Assembly: GCA_028534125.1 (NCBI GenBank)
Contig: CM052817.1
Span: 99,760,001-99,824,000, forward strand
Length of the DNA stretch: 64,000 nt
From: Lama glama
Lineage: Eukaryota
Direction: 5' to 3'
This document shows, one piece after another, positions 60,290-64,000 of this stretch. Under the pieces are notes generated by a model. The model worked only from the letters and a program-made list of their open reading frames with translations, was not told where the DNA came from and did not search any database. Every line of letters begins with the position of its first letter. Position 1 is the first letter of the stretch. The position numbers and the translations under genes are program-made.

Positions 60290-62880
60290 GAAGGGTTCAG
60301 TAGTATGAAATTTATTGCAGACATTCATCATCTTATGTTTAATGACATATGATCATTTTTTATTAAAAAAAGGCATCTGATAAAGTTCAATATTGATTAT
60401 TGATCTTTTAAAAACCCTCAAAATATAGTAGGAAAATATCCTTAGCAAAGTATGTCCATCTCAATCTAAAAACCATCTCCGACTTAATAGGAAATTTGAG
60501 ACCATTCCCATTTCAGTTAGGAGCACAATAAGGTCGACTGTTTTTACTATTTATTAATGGTGTTTTGGAATCACAAGTTAATGGAGTTGGACAACAGAAA
60601 GAAAATAAAGTTATAAAAGTACACAAACCAGGAAGGAAGTAAACAGATATTATTTGTAAATAATAGGTAGGCCTATGACTAAAATACCCAAGAGAATCAA
60701 GTGAAAAGCTAATTATAAAGAATAAGATAATTTATAAATGTGCCTGGAAACCAAAGTAATGTGTCAACATTCATGGCTTTCATATATACCAACAATTAGT
60801 TTAAATGTAGTGGAAGAAAAAACCATTAGCTTGAAAAAGGATAAAATACCTAAGAATAAACTTAAGAAATATGTTTGATGTATATGAAGGCATTTAAAAA
60901 TGCTCCTGAGGGATACAAAAGAGATGTGAGAAGGCCTGTCATATTCTTGGATATACAGATGCAAGTTCTCTAAATTAATGTGTATGTTTAATGTAATTCC
61001 AGTAAAAATAACAACAGGATGTTTTGGGGGGCTAAACCAACTTATTCTATGTTCACATGGAAAAATAAGTAAGCACGAATAGCTAGGCCAGTTCTGAAAA
61101 AGAGATTAAAACATACTGTAAGGCTACAATAATTAAAACATTGATGTTACCAGATACCATGGTTGGTATATTATAAAGATGACATTTCATAGACTTAACA
61201 TAGGAACCAGCAATACCACTTCTGAATATGTATCTGGAGGGAACTCTAAGTTGAAAAGACACATGCACCCGTTTTCACAGCAGCACTATTTACAACAGCT
61301 AAGACATGGAAGCAACCTAAGTGTCCATCGACAGATGACTAGATAAAGAAATTGTGGTGTATTTTTACAATACTAATCTGCCATAAAAAAGAATAAAATA
61401 ATGCCATTTGCAGCAACATGGATAGACCTAGAGATAAGTGAAGTAAGCCAGAAGGAGAAAGAAAAATACCATATACTATCACTCATGTGTGATATCTTTA
61501 AAAAAAAAAGACACTATGAACTCATCTACAAAACAGAAACGGACTCGCAGACAGTAAACAATCTTATGGTTACCGGGGAAAAGGGGTGGGAAGGGATAAA
61601 TTTGGGTGTTTGAGATTTACAAATGTTAGCCATTATATATAAAAGTCGATTTTAAAAAAAGTTTTTTTTGTACAGCACAGGGAACTATGTTCCATATCTT
61701 GTAATAACCTTTAATGGGAAAAATACAAAAGCAAACATTATTTATGCACATGACTGGGACATTATGCTGTATACGAAATAGAGGCACTGTAATTGACTGT
61801 ACTTCAAAAAAATTAATTAATTAATTAAAAAAAAAGATGGCATTTCAAGGTAATTAGAGAAAGAAGCCCTGTTCAATAAATAGTAGTGGGGTAACCAGGT
61901 GGCCATCTAGGGGGGATGGAAAAAGCTACTTAGAGCAGCACCTCAAATGTTTAGCCAAAATTGATCTATATTAAAGAGAAATTTAACAAATGAAATTGTA
62001 GAAGAAAGCATAGGAAGGTTATTTTATAATCTTGGAATACATATGGGCTTTCTAAGTAAGACAGAAAAGAGATTGATGAACTTGATTACATTAAAAACAA
62101 CCTAACTGAAAAAAGTCCTGCATAAGGAAAGACAAAGAATAAGAGAATTGGGAAAATTTTTTGGTTCTTTTATCACCAACCACTAATTTCCTTAATAAAG
62201 AGCTTCTACAGATCTATAAGAAAGTGTCCAACAGCCCAGAAAAATGGACAAAGGATATAAATATTGTAAAGAAAGGGAAATAACAGTGTCTTTTAAAAAT
62301 ATGAAGAAGATGCTTAAGCGCTACTCATTATAAGAGATATGCACACTACAGCTGACCTGCGGTACCATTTATCACTATTAGGCAGGAAAAGATTAAGGAG
62401 TTGTATAACCTACTCTGTAAGAGTATGAGTGCAAAACAATAGTCTCTTTAGTGGGCAATTTGACAAAATCTATAGTATGAAAAATCTCGTATCGTTTGAC
62501 TAGGAACTCCAGTTCTAGAAATTTATCTTAGATACAAATACATTCTTCTAGATAAACATTCATGTGTACTATGAATGTATCCTATATATGCATACCTATT
62601 ACATGCATTTATGTACAAAAATATTTTTTGTAGTAGTGTTTATAAAATAACTAAAGATTGGAAACAACCAAAATGTTCATCCATGGGAGACTGAATTAAT
62701 GTGTGGTGTTACAGCTGTATGTTAGAAAACTGCAGTCGTAAAAATACCAGTGAATCTCTTTATGCGTCACTTTTGGAAACATTGCCAACACATGTTGTTT
62801 GGTGAAAAATACAAGGTAGAGAGCAATGTATGTGATATGTTTATTTGTGTTAAAAATACTTTGCTTGTCTATGAACAAAT
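60290..62880 (+). mobile_element. Ancient L1M ORF2/3' region, interrupted by a young L1 at 61190-61832
   Basis: ggcatctgataaagttcaa; aaatacctaagaataaactt; ttcaataaatagtagtgggg; aaaatggacaaaggatat; ttggaaacaaccaaaatgttcatc. Confidence 0.8.
61190..61832 (+). mobile_element. Young lineage-specific L1 (ORF2 end + 3' UTR)
   Basis: gacatggaagcaacctaagtgtccatcgacagatgac...atgccatttgcagcaacatggatagacc...; 15-bp TSD aaagatg(a/g)catttca at 61175-61189 and 61833-61847. Confidence 0.92.
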
Positions 62881-62979
62881 GCAGAGTTGATGCAGGCTCT
62901 GGGGAGTATAACTTGAATTATTTTTAATTGAACAAAAGATTCTTTAAATTTTATAGTGCTTCACCATTTTCGAAAGTTT

Positions 62980-63158
62980 CACACACATGATTTCATATAA
63001 TCCCATAATAACTCTTTGTTCCCCTACCCCATCTTGCCCCTCTTCCTTCCCTCTTCTTACTAGTAACCACTAGTTTGTTCTCTGTATTTGTGAGTCTGCT
63101 TTCTTTTTGTTTTATTCACTAGTTTGTTGTATTTTTTAGATTCCACATATAAATGATT
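62980..63158 (-). mobile_element. L1 3' UTR fragment
   Basis: gtaaccactagtttgttctctgtatttgtgagtctg...ttttttagattccacatataa. Confidence 0.8.
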
Positions 63159-63869
63159 GAAGACGGCCCCACTCCTTCTCAAAAAAATGTGCTAATCACA
63201 TTACCTTGCACTTAGTATTTATTACTTGGTGGTTATTTTCATTGTAATCACAGGTTTCCTTTATCTCTCAAGTTGATTTTTTAACAGTTGGGTCTGGAGG
63301 AGGAAGCTGTTCTCACTATAAATGCTGCTTAGTGGGTGCCCATACTCATGTTATTCATCAAAAATGCTGTATGTGCTTCCTGAAGGATGCTTCTTGGAGG
63401 ATGTCAGTACAGGCTCTGCAAAGCGATGTCCGATAAGATTGGGAAACGTTGGATTAAACAAAACTAAGCATATTTCTTAGTGATATGCTGCAGCTCACTT
63501 ATTTGTTTCGTGGTTGAGACCTTCCTAAAGTCATCCAAATTACACTGGATGTCTTGGGTAAAGAAAAGAATGTATGTAATTCATGTAAAATCTCAGGGAT
63601 TGATTGAATGGAAATTGCAGATTGAAGCTTCTTTTGATTTAACTTTTCCCAAAGCTTAAAAGGTTTTGCTGTTTGGGGGAAGGAATGAAATCTACCTAAT
63701 GGGTAGAAAGTTGAGGAGTTGGGAGTTTAATGTGGAGAAGATAGCGTCACCGTGGGTTAGGAGATATGGGTTCTACCTCCGTCTTCATGGTTTACCAGCT
63801 GTTTAATTTTCAGCAGGTCCCCTAGCTTCCCTGGGCTTCATTTTTATCATCTTTGAAATTCAGGGACTT

Positions 63870-64000
63870 GGTTTATTTATTTTTAGAATTTATTTGTTTA
63901 TTTTAATTGAAGTATAGTTGATTTATAGTTGTTTCAGGTGTACAGCAAAGTGATTTAATTATATATGTCTATTATTTTTCATTATAATTATTGCAAGATC
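63870..64000 (-). mobile_element. L1 3' terminus (continues beyond the window)
   Basis: ttttaattgaagtatagttgattta...tttcaggtgtacagcaaagtgatt. Confidence 0.85.

Overview
Mammalian genomic DNA, very likely from a camelid (alpaca/llama/camel): it carries five tRNA-derived Vic-1-type SINEs and many copies of one young lineage-specific L1 3' end. No intact protein-coding exon is supported. Main features are a full-length, disabled LDHB processed pseudogene on the minus strand (about 2583-3906) and a CpG-island promoter with an ATG-less first exon (about 10720-11720, donor at 11476) of an unidentified + strand gene. Its very long first intron appears to fill the rest of the window and contains a U6 snRNA retrocopy, many TEs (L1, L2, MIR, MaLR/ERVL LTRs, MER5A, MER47, MARNA-like) and a 500-N gap. 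The most informative signals are L1 target-primed reverse transcription (TPRT) by-products readable from their target-site duplications (TSDs): two 3' transductions, a twin-priming inversion with a prematurely ended 3' UTR, a tail-less U6 copy and a tail-only micro-insertion. The pseudogene also preserves a fossil of the LDHBx stop-readthrough/PTS1 extension. I see no evidence of a new multi-gene system. Repeat family names come from recalled consensus similarity, not from a database search.
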